Below are positions 51,196 to 63,815 of a stretch of DNA of 64,000 bases, piece by piece. The notes under the pieces were generated by a model. That model was not told where the DNA came from and made no database searches. It worked only from the letters and a program-made list of their open reading frames with translations. Both the position numbers and the translations under genes were made by a program. The DNA comes from Haliotis rubra (taxonomy: Eukaryota), in the NCBI RefSeq assembly GCF_003918875.1, contig NW_025766967.1, positions 310,001 through 374,000 on the forward strand, given 5' to 3'. The stretch's first letter is position 1; the number at the start of each line of letters is the position of its first letter.

Positions 51196-53833
51196 TCATG
51201 ACTCAGGGTTGCATTTTGGAGGATTAAATCCTATTGCTGCAATTCGTATATGGGATAGAGTTATACTGCCATGCTGCCTATATGGATGCAGTGTATGGGG
51301 AAGCTGTCTCATAAAGAATATGATATGTTGGAAACCACACAACGTTATTTCTCTAAAAGAATACAGGGTTTTGATAGGCATATGCCTAATGAAGTTGTTG
51401 TGGATAACCTTGGTATTTTATCATTACAAGCTTATATAGATCAACGTTCTCTGTTGCTACTTGGCAGATTATGTAACAGCAGTATTAAGTTTTCTTTCAA
51501 ACAGCTGTTTTTACATAGAATCTTACAATATGACAATGAACTTATGATTGGCAGAAAGCATAAACGAGATATGAAATCTCCTATATTTCATATGTTGGAA
51601 TTATCAGCTAAATATGGTATCCAGGAAGAAATTTAACAATATGTAGTAAACTCTGTCAAAAAAGAAACGCAACCCCTGTCCTCAGATATGAAAAATTCGT
51701 TTGAATGAAGTTATTGCTTCCAAACTAAATGTTATTCGAATGTATTGAAATTATACACGTAATTAATGAAGATTACCATCCAAACAACTGCATTTGTACG
51801 CATAAGTGTATTTTATTGCTTATTCCGTCACAACGCATGAAATGACCCTCATGGTGACTTCGCACAAAAAAAACACATGCAAATCATGAAAATGGCAGTT
51901 AATGTAGGGGTGTATAAAAGCCCATGTGCTTTCGTATTATATTCATTCATTTGTCGCATGAAAAGCTGTGTGAAAAATGCCACGATTGAGTGCTGCCGAC
52001 CGAAATATCGCCATTGGTCGTGTTCAAGCCGGAGAAAGTTTTGGAACTGTTGCACGGCACCTAAATGTTCACAAAACAACGATATCCCGACTTTGGAGCC
52101 GCTACAACAACTTCAATTTGACCAACGATCGCCCGAGAAGTGGAAGGCCAAGAATCACGACCCCTTCAAGATCGGTACATCCGGGTCCATCACCTGCGTA
52201 ATCGGCATGCCCTACCAACCGTGACTGCCACACAAATACCAGGTTTGAGGAGAGTGTCAGCTCAAACGATTAGGAACCGTCTGAAAGAAGCGGGTTTACG
52301 TGCCTGTAGACCAGTTGTTGGACCTGTACTACGCCCCCCTACATCTCCGCCGACGACTCAGGTGGTGCAACAACGTAAGGATATGGACTTTACAAAACTG
52401 GAGGCGCATCTGGTTTTCTGATGAATCCCGTTTTCTTTGCAACATCACGACGGAAGAAAACGTGTGTATAGGAGACGTCATGAACGTTTTGCGCCCATCT
52501 GCGTCCGACAGGGGACAGATTTGGCGGAGAAAGCGTTATGGTTTGGGGATCCATCTCATACAACCAGAAATCAGACTTAGTGATCGTTGAAGGGAACCTG
52601 ACAGCCCAACGTTACATCAACCACGTATTACAGCCTCACCTTCTCCCGATTATTGACCAACAGACACAGATTTTTCAACCAGACAACGCCCGGCCTCATA
52701 CTGCACGTGCAACAATGAACTTTCTGCAGAATTCCAACGTCAATGTCTTGCCATAGCCCTCTAAATCACCAGACCTCAACCCTATTGAACACCTGTGGAT
52801 ACTCTGGGTCGACGCGTACGTCAACGTCAGCCGCCGCCACAGACGCTGCAACAGCTCGGCGTTGCACTGCAGGAGGGTGGAGAGCCATTCCCCAGGAAAG
52901 AATCCGGCGTCTTATCCGTTCTTGTCCAAGGAGATGCCGTGCAGTGATTGCAGCTCGTGGTGCTCATACGAGATACTGAGAAAGACGCCCCCCTGGTGAC
53001 AAACTGGTGTCTGTGAGATGACTTTTGAAATGACAATTTTAAACATGCCCATCTTGGTTATTATTCTGCCAAATTTCAGACTGCTGTCTTAAATGATAAA
53101 AATGCTGTGTCGTCTTAAAACTTCAGATCAAAATCTCTAAAATACAGGGGTTGCGTTTCTTTTTTGACAGAGTTTTATGTTATAAATTTTTATGTAAAAG
53201 GAAATGGTCAAGAATGGTACGGGAAAAGGTCTTACAATGTGATAGAAAAGCAGCAGAGTATGTCATTCAGTCAAGGTTGTCATTGATACGGTATCAGTCA
53301 ATAAGTTCGGACGGTGTAAATCGACTATGGCAACTGGCGCTTGACAGACCAAGGTATTGTAAACGTATTGGTTTTCTTCTTAAACTGGGTTCTGTCCCCA
53401 TTCAGTCGAAGGAATGTGAGTGTGGTACTGTGGTGCACGATATGTTAAAGCACATCTTTATGACTTGTATGATTAACATTACTGAAAGAAATGTCTTATT
53501 TAAACAAATTTGTGACTTACTTGATGTTAATATGTTTGTAAAATTATGGACATACGATGACGATGATGAATTTCTAAAATTTCTACTTGGCGGATACCGG
53601 AAGATGTAAAGGACCAGCTAAACTATGATGTGTAGGCAAATGTTATAATATGTGTCTCAAATTCTGTATCTAAATGGAAAAACATTTATAACTGTTGTAT
53701 TTCACCTTACCACCCTGTATACATTATTTCATGTGCATTTCTGTTGTATCATGTACCATTAATATGACTGAATAATATACATATACATTTGTAATCTTCA
53801 AACTATGGAGGAAATAAAGAATATCTATCTATC
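51196..53833 (+). mobile_element. 5'-truncated LINE 3' fragment interrupted by a Tc1 element
   Basis: LPCCLYGCSVWG...LETTQRYFSKRIQG, resuming after the Tc1 with CECG...HIFMTC; ends AATAAAGAA(TATC)n. Confidence 0.8.
51649..53175 (+). mobile_element. Tc1/mariner (DD34E-type) transposon, full length, transposase frameshifted (51977-52979)
   Basis: TIRs AACTCTGTCAAAAAAGAAACGCAACCCCTGT and its reverse complement with TA TSD; MPRLS...GRPR, FSDESRF, DNARPH, SPDLNPIEH and GAHTRY. Confidence 0.95.
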
Positions 53834-53959
53834 ACTTCAGAATACATCACAGAGTTTCAGATATTATAATGCTTTGACACATTACATAGAGGTATGACTT
53901 GTTAACTAACGTCTTGTATGGTGGATTACAGCGTGCATGATGTTGTTGTTGTTGTTGTT

Positions 53960-54576
53960 GATGTGTCCATACTGTAAGGTGTGACTGTAGTGCATTGTGG
54001 GCTCTACAATGTTGTGTCTATAATGTAACGTGTGACTGTATTGCATTGTGAGCTGTACAATGTTGTGTCTATAATGTAAGGTGTGACTGTATTGCATTAT
54101 GAGCTGTACAATGTTGTGTCTATAATGTAACCTTTGATTTATTGCATCGAGAGCAGTACAATGTTGTGCCTATAATGTAAGGTGTGACTGTATTGCATTG
54201 AGAGCAGTACAATGTTGTGTCTATAATGTAACCTTTGATTTATTGCATCGAGAGCAGTACAAGGCCTATAATGTAAGGTGTGACTGTATTGCATCGAGAG
54301 CAGTACAATGCTGTGTCTATAATGTAAGGTGTGACTGTATTGCATTGCGAGCTGTACAATGTTGTGTCTATAATGTAACCTTTGATTTATTGCATCGAGA
54401 GCAGTACAATGTTGTGCCTATAATGTAAGGTGTGACTGTATTGCATCGAGAGCAGTACAATGTTGTGCCTATAATGTAAGGTGTGACTGTATTGCATTAT
54501 GAGCTGTACAATGTTGTGTCTATAATGTAAGGTGTGACTGTATTGCATTGAGAGCTGTACATTGATGTGTCTATAA
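53960..54576. repeat. 51-bp minisatellite (degenerate relatives at ~44990-45245 and ~37290-37400)
   Basis: Unit TATAATGTAAGGTGTGACTGTATTGCATCGAGAGCAGTACAATGTTGTGCC. Confidence 0.92.
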
Positions 54577-54933
54577 GCAATATCAAAAACATACGAACTG
54601 GGTGTGTCGAGTCCCTTCGGGCTCTGGGATATATACAAACATAGAGGGGAACATCAATCCATGTGCCCCTCGTCACGTGTGACCGACGTATAATATATAC
54701 CGCTGTCGGTAAACATAGGAATTGGGCGTCACATATGTTGTTATCTAGTTATCAATGTGTTTATGACGGGGAACAATTCTATTACCCTCACTTCAGGTTC
54801 TATAACCCATGACTTAAGGCTACATATTCACGTTACTTTATGCCATAATAAATCTTTGTTCTCACGTCATTGAAAAATATTTAAGAGGAACAATACAAAG
54901 TAGTCGATTGGAGGTAAATTTTATATTGATGTA

Positions 54934-55460
54934 TAGTCTGTTTCCAGTGAAAACGTACCGATGAATTTCACTTTAAACAAAAAAAGTAAATTAAATAACG
55001 TGAAATTAAGATTGCGAATCCTCATAATTCTACCTTGCCAATTACACATATAAATCTCAGAATTTTATTCAACTTAGGATAAAAGTTGTTTAACAAACGA
55101 TCATAAATTCGAATCACTATTATTGGGTTGTATTACAAGGGGATAAACGCAGTAGTTGGAACAGTGAAACAATTGCACGGGCGGGACGTGATGAGCGTTA
55201 ACTTCTTTAGACCAGCCCTACCTGTTCTCGGTGTTTCATTTAATGTGCATACCCCTTGTAATACAAACCAATAATAGCGATATGAAACCATGATCGTTTG
55301 TTAAACAACTTTTATCTTAAGTTGAATAAAATTCTGAGATTTAAATTTTCAATTGCCAAGGTAAAATTATGAGGATTCGCAATCTTAATTTCACTTTATT
55401 CGATTTATTTTTTTTTTTTAAAGGGAAATTCATCGGTTCGTTTTCACTGCAAACAGACTA
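54934..55460. mobile_element. Foldback MITE with ~210-bp TIRs and TA flanks
   Basis: TA|TAGTCTGTTT...AAACAGACTA|TA; arms ~54934-55145 and ~55250-55460 are imperfect reverse complements. Confidence 0.88.
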
Positions 55461-56182
55461 TAGAGTGTTTTAAAGTAAACTATAGAAGGAATAATTTGCA
55501 TTAAAAGGCCAAAGTAACATCCAAGTTCTCAGCACTTAAAATTAGATGCATCTAGTTCAGGGAAAGGATCAGTAACCGATACATTCAACATTCATTTACA
55601 CAGTATATGTTTTCGAAATTGCCCTGGCATGTTGTTATCCTGATTTGAAACCTTAGATCAACATGGTATTGGTGAGAGTTGTGTCTCTTAATAGATCAAT
55701 CAGGGAACATAGCTACCCTTTTTCTTAACGTTTTATTCCGTATTTAGCCACTAATCCGTAATTTGGTCAGCTCAAACTGTCGGTATATTGACATAAAAGT
55801 ACAGCCGCTTTCCTTAAATATCATAGGCAAGCTAATAATGACAGAAGCATCAAAGGAGCGGATTATTTGATGCGAAATGATGATGATGGTGGTGTAATTT
55901 TTACAGTAATACTGTAGCAGTTGTGAAATGTGCTTCTTTGTCATGGTACACGGTTTGTTTAATCCGCATCTTTTATCGTCAAATATAACATTTAGGTACG
56001 CAGGGTAAATTTACAATGGCAATTCTGACATACGGTACCAAATTCCTCTGTAGAAACCAGGGTCAGACCTTACTACAATATACTGCTACAGGTCAAGCTG
56101 GCGACTGGAAGAACTGGTAAACAGTGGCACAGAGTGAAGAACTTGATCGACAATATGAACAGAAGATGACGACAAATCCTCT

Positions 56183-56523
56183 AGACCGCCTCCGTGGTGT
56201 AGTGGTTAGAGCGGCCGCCGGGAGAGCGGAAGGTCGCGAGTTCGATCCCCGACCGCGTCATACCAAAAGACGTTAAAATATGGTACTTGTTGGTCCCTGC
56301 CTGGCACTCGGCACAACAAGGACTGGTCGGCTCGGAGTATAATGTGTCTGAGTGGGGTATTCCTGCTTCACTGCGGCATGGTATCTCAGTGGGCTAGCAC
56401 TATAAAACCAGCTTAAATCTGGGCTAGTACAAGCAGCCGCACATACACATACATACGCATGCACGTCGTCATATGAGCGAAATATTCTCAAGCACGACGT
56501 AAAACCCACTTTCACCTCACCTC
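56183..56523 (+). mobile_element. tRNA-derived SINE family C, full length, inserted at the end of SULT-C exon 6
   Basis: A box TGGTGTAGTGG, B box GAGTTCGATCCC, core CATACCAAAAGACGTTAAAATATGGTACTTG...CCTGCCTGGCACTC, (CTCAC)n tail; TSD ACAAATCCTCT. Confidence 0.88.
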
Positions 56524-58061
56524 ACAAATCCTCTGTGGATGTGCTGTCTGGAGACAATGTAATCAGTACACACGACATTCAGAAGATGAAGAAGATGTTC
56601 CAGTGACGAAAAGTTGATGATTGTTACAACTTCCAGAAGAGTGATAAAACGTAATGTTTTAGGAGAAAGACAGCTGGTGGATGAGGAACTGACACAGAGA
56701 GACTGACTTTGGACATACAACACATGTATTCTTGTAAAAGTGCATAGGGAAGATGTGTTCAGTTTTGCCCCCAAAAAGTATATTGGATTGACAATACTGT
56801 TTCTGTGTTAATTCATTGCGTTGCTTGGGGAACTTTCAAGGTGCAACTTTAGCAGCAACACTGAACTGTTATTTGTCCACTACACAGAAGTAACGATCTA
56901 TTCGAAATTGTCACCTTGTGCAAGAGGACGTGAGGAAATTACCCACCTACTTCATCCAGAAGAGTGGTAAAGGTTAATGACTGTTTACATACAAAATATG
57001 TATACTTGCCAATGTAGATATAGAAGTCGCATTCTTCTAGTGTGTATGCAAGATGTTTGTCAGCTCCGAAAAAAATATATGTTGCATTGACAATAATGTT
57101 TGTGTGTTAATTCATTTGATATCTGTTGAGGGAACTTTCAAGATGCATCTTTTTGAAGCAACACTGAACCATATAATGTCCACTACCCATAACTAAGGAT
57201 CTACAGTGGAATCTGTAAATCCGGACACTGTGTATTCCGATTTTCTCCATAATCCGGAGTCCCGGCAAAATTGTTCTTAATTTATCATTAAATCTTGCCT
57301 TATAATCCGGACTCTCTCAATTATGGATTACCGACTAAAATAACTTGCTATGAGAACAATGCTTTGTAATCCGGACTTAGCTGAATAAAATAACAGTTCG
57401 TTGAATAAACATATCCGTTACTTCGGTTGGGGTCCTAATCACGGCCAGTTCAAACCACAAGACGACTGGCAGTTTCTGGCTTAGATGTAAAGAGGACAAG
57501 ATGGAAACATAATGTTGGGGAATTACCTATCTTCGGGTTGATGGTTATACTTGTGAACACTCGTGTTAGAAAACATAACCTTGTATCCAGGATCAGGATA
57601 GAAAGTTGTTTTCATATTTGTTATTTCTATTTTTCTTGTTGACAATGTTTCTTTTTTCATTTGAAACTGATGGCGTTGAAATTCATAACATATATTCATA
57701 TAGGTACTCTAGACATATGCAGACACACCATATCCATTCCACTGTGTTACAGTGTACATGTACCTGGACGACATAATTTGAAAAAGAAACAGAACTCGTG
57801 TGATTATATACTCATTATAGGATAGGATAAGTTCAAAGCGTACGCCAGAATGCTTTGCGTTCGGTATTGTGTGTTAGATATAATCATATGCAGTTCAAAA
57901 TAATCGTCTTCTATACAGGCCCATTCCCAACTTTAATAAAAAGCATGATGATCAGGTTCCAGGACGCCTCCTATATATTCTGTGTTGTAATTTTTCTACT
58001 TTTTCCGCTTAACAAACTTCTGTTAGTTGCACATGAAAACTGCCAATTTAGAATATCAATA

Positions 58062-58191
58062 TACTGGACAAAATAAGTTAGGGATATTGGTATTCTTATG
58101 ATTGATATTTTATCAGTGTGACAATGAATAAATTGATCATTATTCATAATTTCAAAAAATTACATATATCCCTAACCATTTTTGTCCAGTA
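58062..58191. mobile_element. Tc1-type MITE, 130 bp
   Basis: TA|TACTGGACAAAATAAGTTAGGGATAT ... ATATCCCTAACCATTTTTGTCCAGTA|TA. Confidence 0.8.
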
Positions 58192-58334
58192 TATGGTGTT
58201 TCAGGGTGTTCCAGGGTGTTTCATGTATTAGACTATCAAGAATCAGGATAGGATGTTGTTTTCATATCTGCTGTTTGTATTGTTCTTTTTTTATTTGCAA
58301 CAGATGGCGTTAAGATTCAGAACATATATTTAGA

Positions 58335-58455
58335 TCAACGCAATTGGGAACCGATGACATGCGTCAACCAAGTCAACAGTCTGACCACCCGATCCCGTTT
58401 GTCGACTCTCACGACAAGCATGGGTTACTGAAGATCAATTCTAACCCGGCTTCCC
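58335..58455 (-). mobile_element. SINE family B fragment
   Basis: GCAATTGGGAACCGATGAC...CCGATCCCGTT...ACGACAAGCATGGGTT. Confidence 0.75.
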
Positions 58456-58845
58456 GCTGGTCTCGTTGCTATGTCATAATTAAGCTTTGGAAATTTAATG
58501 TTCATTCAGACACAGGTTGTCCCAGATCTGTGTGTTTCACTGTAAAGCTGAGACCCCAAGCTTAAATGAACCCAAACAGACATGGGTGAACCTTTCACTT
58601 CTGGAAACAGCAGTGTAGAGTAAATCATCACCTGAGACCTGTTCATGATACCATTGAAATCCTGGCGCCCGCATATATTTATGCAGTGACGATACGTACG
58701 TGATGATGTAGACTGTATGATTTAGTGTAATTCTTAAAAATAATCATTTGATCTTCATTATTTGCTCTTTCACCACATATGTATTACTTGGTACGGATTC
58801 AATAAATATTTTACTGAGGCTTCTTCGAATTTAGGATTCTTAGGA

Positions 58846-58937
58846 CTGACTGACTGAGTTTGGTTTTACGCCGCTTTTAGCAATATTCCAGCAACATCAC
58901 GGCGGGGGACACCAGAAATGGGCTTCACACATTGTAC
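58846..58937 (-). mobile_element. 5'-truncated SINE family A
   Basis: 3' half only, with 12-bp TSD GGATTCTTAGGA. Confidence 0.88.
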
Positions 58938-61900
58938 GGATTCTTAGGAGTTCCGCATAGCAACTTATGTTATGTCAGCATTATATATTATGATGAAATG
59001 TGAAAAGCAAACGTCTTACTTTATAGTTTGATTCACATGTATACACATGGAAAGAAAAATCGAAGCATCTGTGATTTTAAACCCCGAAAGCAATATATAT
59101 TCATAGTTTGTCTGTGTCAATATGTTTATCCATCAAAACAATAACTGTTCCTTCTTTGTAGTAGTTTTATGCTGTGACAACCTTGGCACATTCTACATCC
59201 TCATAGGATATAAGCATGTTGAACTCGAGTCTATGAACTGCTTATGTTGTGTGTTCCATTACTTACACATTCACACAGTTAGTCATCAAGCGATTATAAA
59301 GAGTATTGTACAAGTTTCGCTGGAATGAATGAATGAAGGAATGGGTGGATGAATATTGATTTACGCCGTATCAGCAAATTTTCAGCTATTGGAGGCGATC
59401 GCTGGAATGAAAACAATGTGTCCACACTGCTATAGTCGTCACTCCCTGTGTTTCAACAGTGTTACGTTTAATAATTTTGCCGTGACAAAAGGCTTAAAAG
59501 TCCCCTTTGAACCAGCAAAATAGAACACAGACAAGTCTAAAATATTCAATAATATATTGAACAAACAATGAGCAAGCTACAATGAATGACAAGACAGATT
59601 TCTAGTACAATGCAATTGAGTCAAAAATCTAAAATATTAACTCACCAGAGTCTTGACATTCACAGTGAGAACAAATATACTGATTGAAGGTTGTTTATTG
59701 GTGACAGTAGTCAAGTACGGTCAGTCTTGAAATGTTGAGAAACTCGACGTTGGCAGACAGATGTGTATAAATCCAGTCATGTGAAGAGCGCTATCTCAAA
59801 ACGCATACCGCTAAAAATACTATTGCCATTGAACATATATGATGCAAGATGCGAGCCAAAACCGCACTCAAAACTTTAAACATTGTGACCCATAATAACT
59901 ATCACTTAATCAATGGGATATTACAAATTACAAAAAACCGCACACTCTCGTTGAAGGATGAAGGATGTTCTAAACCAATAGCTTAAAAACGGCACATTTT
60001 CTTTCACAAAATATCTTCCGCTGTACACCTTTAAGAAGATGTGTATTTTGAGTATGGATAGGGTTAATGTGGTTGTATACACTCTTAAATTATCCGTTGC
60101 ATGATGAATCACTTACCTGGATCATTATCAAAATCAGTATTTAAGAAATCAATTATATAATTATATAGTTATATCACCTGTTATTACGCCAGCACTATTT
60201 CAATACATCAAAGTATGTATTATCAGGCTTGAATCATGTAACGATTACATCGAATTTACACTTGCGTATCAAATATAACACAGGGCCGTTTGAAGCCCGT
60301 TGTGTAAGTATTGAACATATTGTTATATCACTTCATCAGTCTGAAACTAAACAAACATCTTATCGGACTTGTTTCTTTCAAACTAATAACATAATCACAA
60401 AGCTACTGTACTCAACTCAATCACCGAAAGGCTAACCCCAGTTGAAACACAAATGCTGAACGCTTTTATCACGGAACAACCGATCACTGCCTTGTTTTGA
60501 GATGTAGAAACATTCACTGGTCAGGTGTGACACATCGGTAACAGAAACACGATGATAGATTCAATTCTACTTTCTGTCATCACCTGCTGACATCATTGTG
60601 TGGTAAGATACTAATAAACCTACGCTTGTGGTGTGGTCGGAATGTTGCAATAAACTCTTCTTATTGAATTGGTGAAGGAATATTGAATATTTGTTTTACT
60701 TCGACTCTCAAATAATTCATTTCATTTGCTTCTTAGAGTATACCCTACGTTGGTACAAGAGTGTAAACTTTCAAAGGTTAAGGAACAGTTAATAACATGG
60801 AGGCAGTAGTGACTATGGTGTTCATTGAGTTCTAACAGTACAATATACAATAAATGTATACAAATTGTTACACATGGGGACATCTGTGGTAGACAAAGCG
60901 GGGGGGGGGGTATGTCTACAGATTAGGTCATTCATTGTAAAGGGATGCTATGTTTTCAATCTTGTCTTTACAGATTGAAGATTTGAAGTGATAGCGGAAT
61001 TCGTCAGCAATTGTGGTTTACTTTTCTAACGTCCAGTCTCCACAGGAAGATCGGTGTTCTAATAACGATGTATTCTCCTTTCCCTTTGTCTGTTTAAAGT
61101 ATACACAATGTACCATTAGAACCTGAAGGTAAATGCATGGTGTTCATTCCTACTACAGGATATCTACCATCCTAAAACACACAGGTCTGAAACATTTCTC
61201 ATTTAATTACATTCTTAAGTCCTGTCATAGAAAAAAACCCAATGCTTTTCTCCGCATAATCCAACATTGAAAGCTTCCTGGAATATGCGTATGAATATGC
61301 ATCTTGACAGAAGGTGATTTATCAGTGGGACCTAAGAAAATCCAGAAAAATAGTCGAATCTGTTTCTGGACAGTGGTGTGAATTGTTTGTGCCAAATTCT
61401 TTCTCTGGTAACACATATTTTAGCCACGGGTCAGCCCTTCTAGCCACGGGTCTGCTAACACACGGGTCAGCCCTTCCACTAGCCACTAGCCACGGGTCAG
61501 CCCCGTTTGAGTGACTGACTTACATAACTCCTATTTCCCTGGTCACGTTGGCTTAGAAACTTTCTGAACTGTGATGTAATTATGAAATGAAGAGTCATGG
61601 ATATATAATGCAAGGGCGACGCCATGTTTTCCCGTAAACTCTGAAAGTAGCGGAAAGACCAGAACGTTCATATTTGCATTCTAATCCGTATATAACTCCA
61701 TGGGAACGCGTTCATATCCTGCCTGAAAACCTAACCATTATATGATAGGAGGAACACGATGTGCTGTCGATGATGAATCTGAAAGGAGAACTTTAAAGAC
61801 CATACATGACTTTAGTTACTTCAGCCGATGGCACTCAGCACTTGAAACAATGCGTCGAGTGTTGCGACGGGCAACACCAGGATACACTATTGCTGACCTT

Positions 61901-63542
61901 CTTTCTGCGAAAAAGGTTTCGGACGTTCTTTTGTTGAAGGTCTGAATATATTAATGTGAGAAACGTAAGCATTGGAACGAGCACATTACGAAGCACACTA
62001 AACACACTGTTTGCTATGGTGTCCGTCACTAATCTGATCCACTGTCCCCTATCGTGGTTTGAAGATGTTTGTGTAGGATGTTGAGGAAATACAGCGCTTT
62101 AATAATATCAGGGTACCATGACAGGTACTGCGAGGCTACAGATACCCGTTGCTGAGAGAGGCTTTAACTGTGGTACCGTACACCAGAAATACACATCACA
62201 ATAAAGGGAACTGCTGTCCCAATCTTGAATAGCCCATTCGTCAAACGACATGCGCATTATCAGAACCAATAATGATGTAATGGTGAACACTATATATAAC
62301 ACACCTATAAAGTGATTGCCTCAGAGTGTAAGAAACTTCACGAGGTCGCGACTAGCTTCACAGTAGGTCGGTGACGGCTGTAGTTGATCACTATGGTCTT
62401 GAAGATTCTTCTCGTACTGCTGATGTCGGGTTTCTTCCAAAGGAACAATGGCTTTAAACTGAATTTCCCAGTACACATTCCTGCGGAGAGATTCTCAACT
62501 GGAGACAGTAAGTTAATGTTGTCCATGTCATTACATTTGTAAGTCAGCACGCTGTTTTTGTAACTGGTTGTTTGTCACCCTCGGTGGTTCACGGGTTAGT
62601 AAACACAATTTAGCAGCAATAATTACAAAAGTACATGACATACTGAAGATGTAGTGAAGGAACGTAGCGTAATGAACATATACATACACATGTACATTTG
62701 TCAGCAGTTTCAATACGTCGTTATGTATGCTTTGAAAACTGTGAAAACATATTTCCGCTTAATAAAATGGTATTGTATACTCTTTAAAACCAAAACCAAA
62801 TTTAAATTGAAACTTGGTAAAAATTTACTTTGGAATCCAAGAGGAATACACAAGAAGTCAGCACTACGAATGCAACAAACTGGTTATCACACAGTCCTGA
62901 AATAAAGGTTGTTGGGATTGTGTCAACCCCAACTAGTGACCACATCAGTGTCTCGTGTAGGAGCTCCTAGCAATGATAGCCTCTCTCAGTCTCCTCCTCA
63001 TTCTGACAAACAAGCGTCGAATTACCAGCAATGGGGTCGGTTTTCCTTCTTCATGGAGATAATTTTTTGCAGATTTTTAAGCTGCTTTGGTAATAGGAGA
63101 CTCTGAGATTTTCGGTGGGGTTATTCTGTGATGGGTCGATGGCGGCTTGAGGACGTCGAGGTCTTGTCTAGTCTCTCGTAAATATCGGATAATTGGCAAG
63201 GAAAGGATAATCATAATATGGCATGTTATCCCGTTCTTCCAGTTGATGACATTCACCATTGAGTGTCCCATGTATTGTAATAACGGCAGTCTTACGAAAG
63301 GAAAGCGCAGACCATCACTGGGGCAACACCAACTGGTTTAGCTACGTGAATAATCTCCCAGCGATATGTGTCCAACGGCCGTCGGTAAGGTTAAAAAGTT
63401 TTGATCAAAACAATGAATCTTACGCCATATCCTCAAGATTGTCTCCGAAGCATGCACAGCGCCAGACGTTGCCGCCTGTGAGTTAGGGCGCACTCAGACC
63501 AGCAACACACAGCCTCCTGCTCATTGTGCTGGTGGAGACGGA

Positions 63543-63815
63543 CATCCTCGGTCATCACGGACGTTGATCATCCTCGATCATCACGGACGTTGATCATCCT
63601 CGGTCATCACGGACGTTGATCATCCTCGGTCATCACGCACGTTGATCATCCTCGGTCATCACGGACGTTGATCATCCTCGGTCATCACGGACGTTGATCA
63701 TCCTCGGTCATCACGGACGTTGATCATCCTCGGTCATCACGGACATTGATCATCCTCGGTCATCACAGACGTTGATCATCCTCGGTCATCACGGACGTTG
63801 ATCATCCTCGGTCAT
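63543..63815. repeat. 26-bp minisatellite, ~10.5 copies
   Basis: Unit CATCCTCGGTCATCACGGACGTTGAT, contiguous with no spacers. Confidence 0.95.

Larger units (their letters stand above)
50051..56182 (+). pseudogene. Cytosolic sulfotransferase copy C, pseudogene
   Basis: Exon 1 remnant ~50051-50193 (no ATG, deletion, ...DDDIFLCSYPKS); exon 2 remnant ~50420-50577 with indels; exons 3-5 not found; exon 6 remnant from 56092 has GDWKNW-TAA and is hit by a SINE. Confidence 0.88.

Noticed and set aside
63543-63815. CRISPR-like array
   Set aside because: Units are contiguous with no unique spacers, there are no cas genes and the context is eukaryotic; the same applies to the 30-, 51- and 87-bp arrays.
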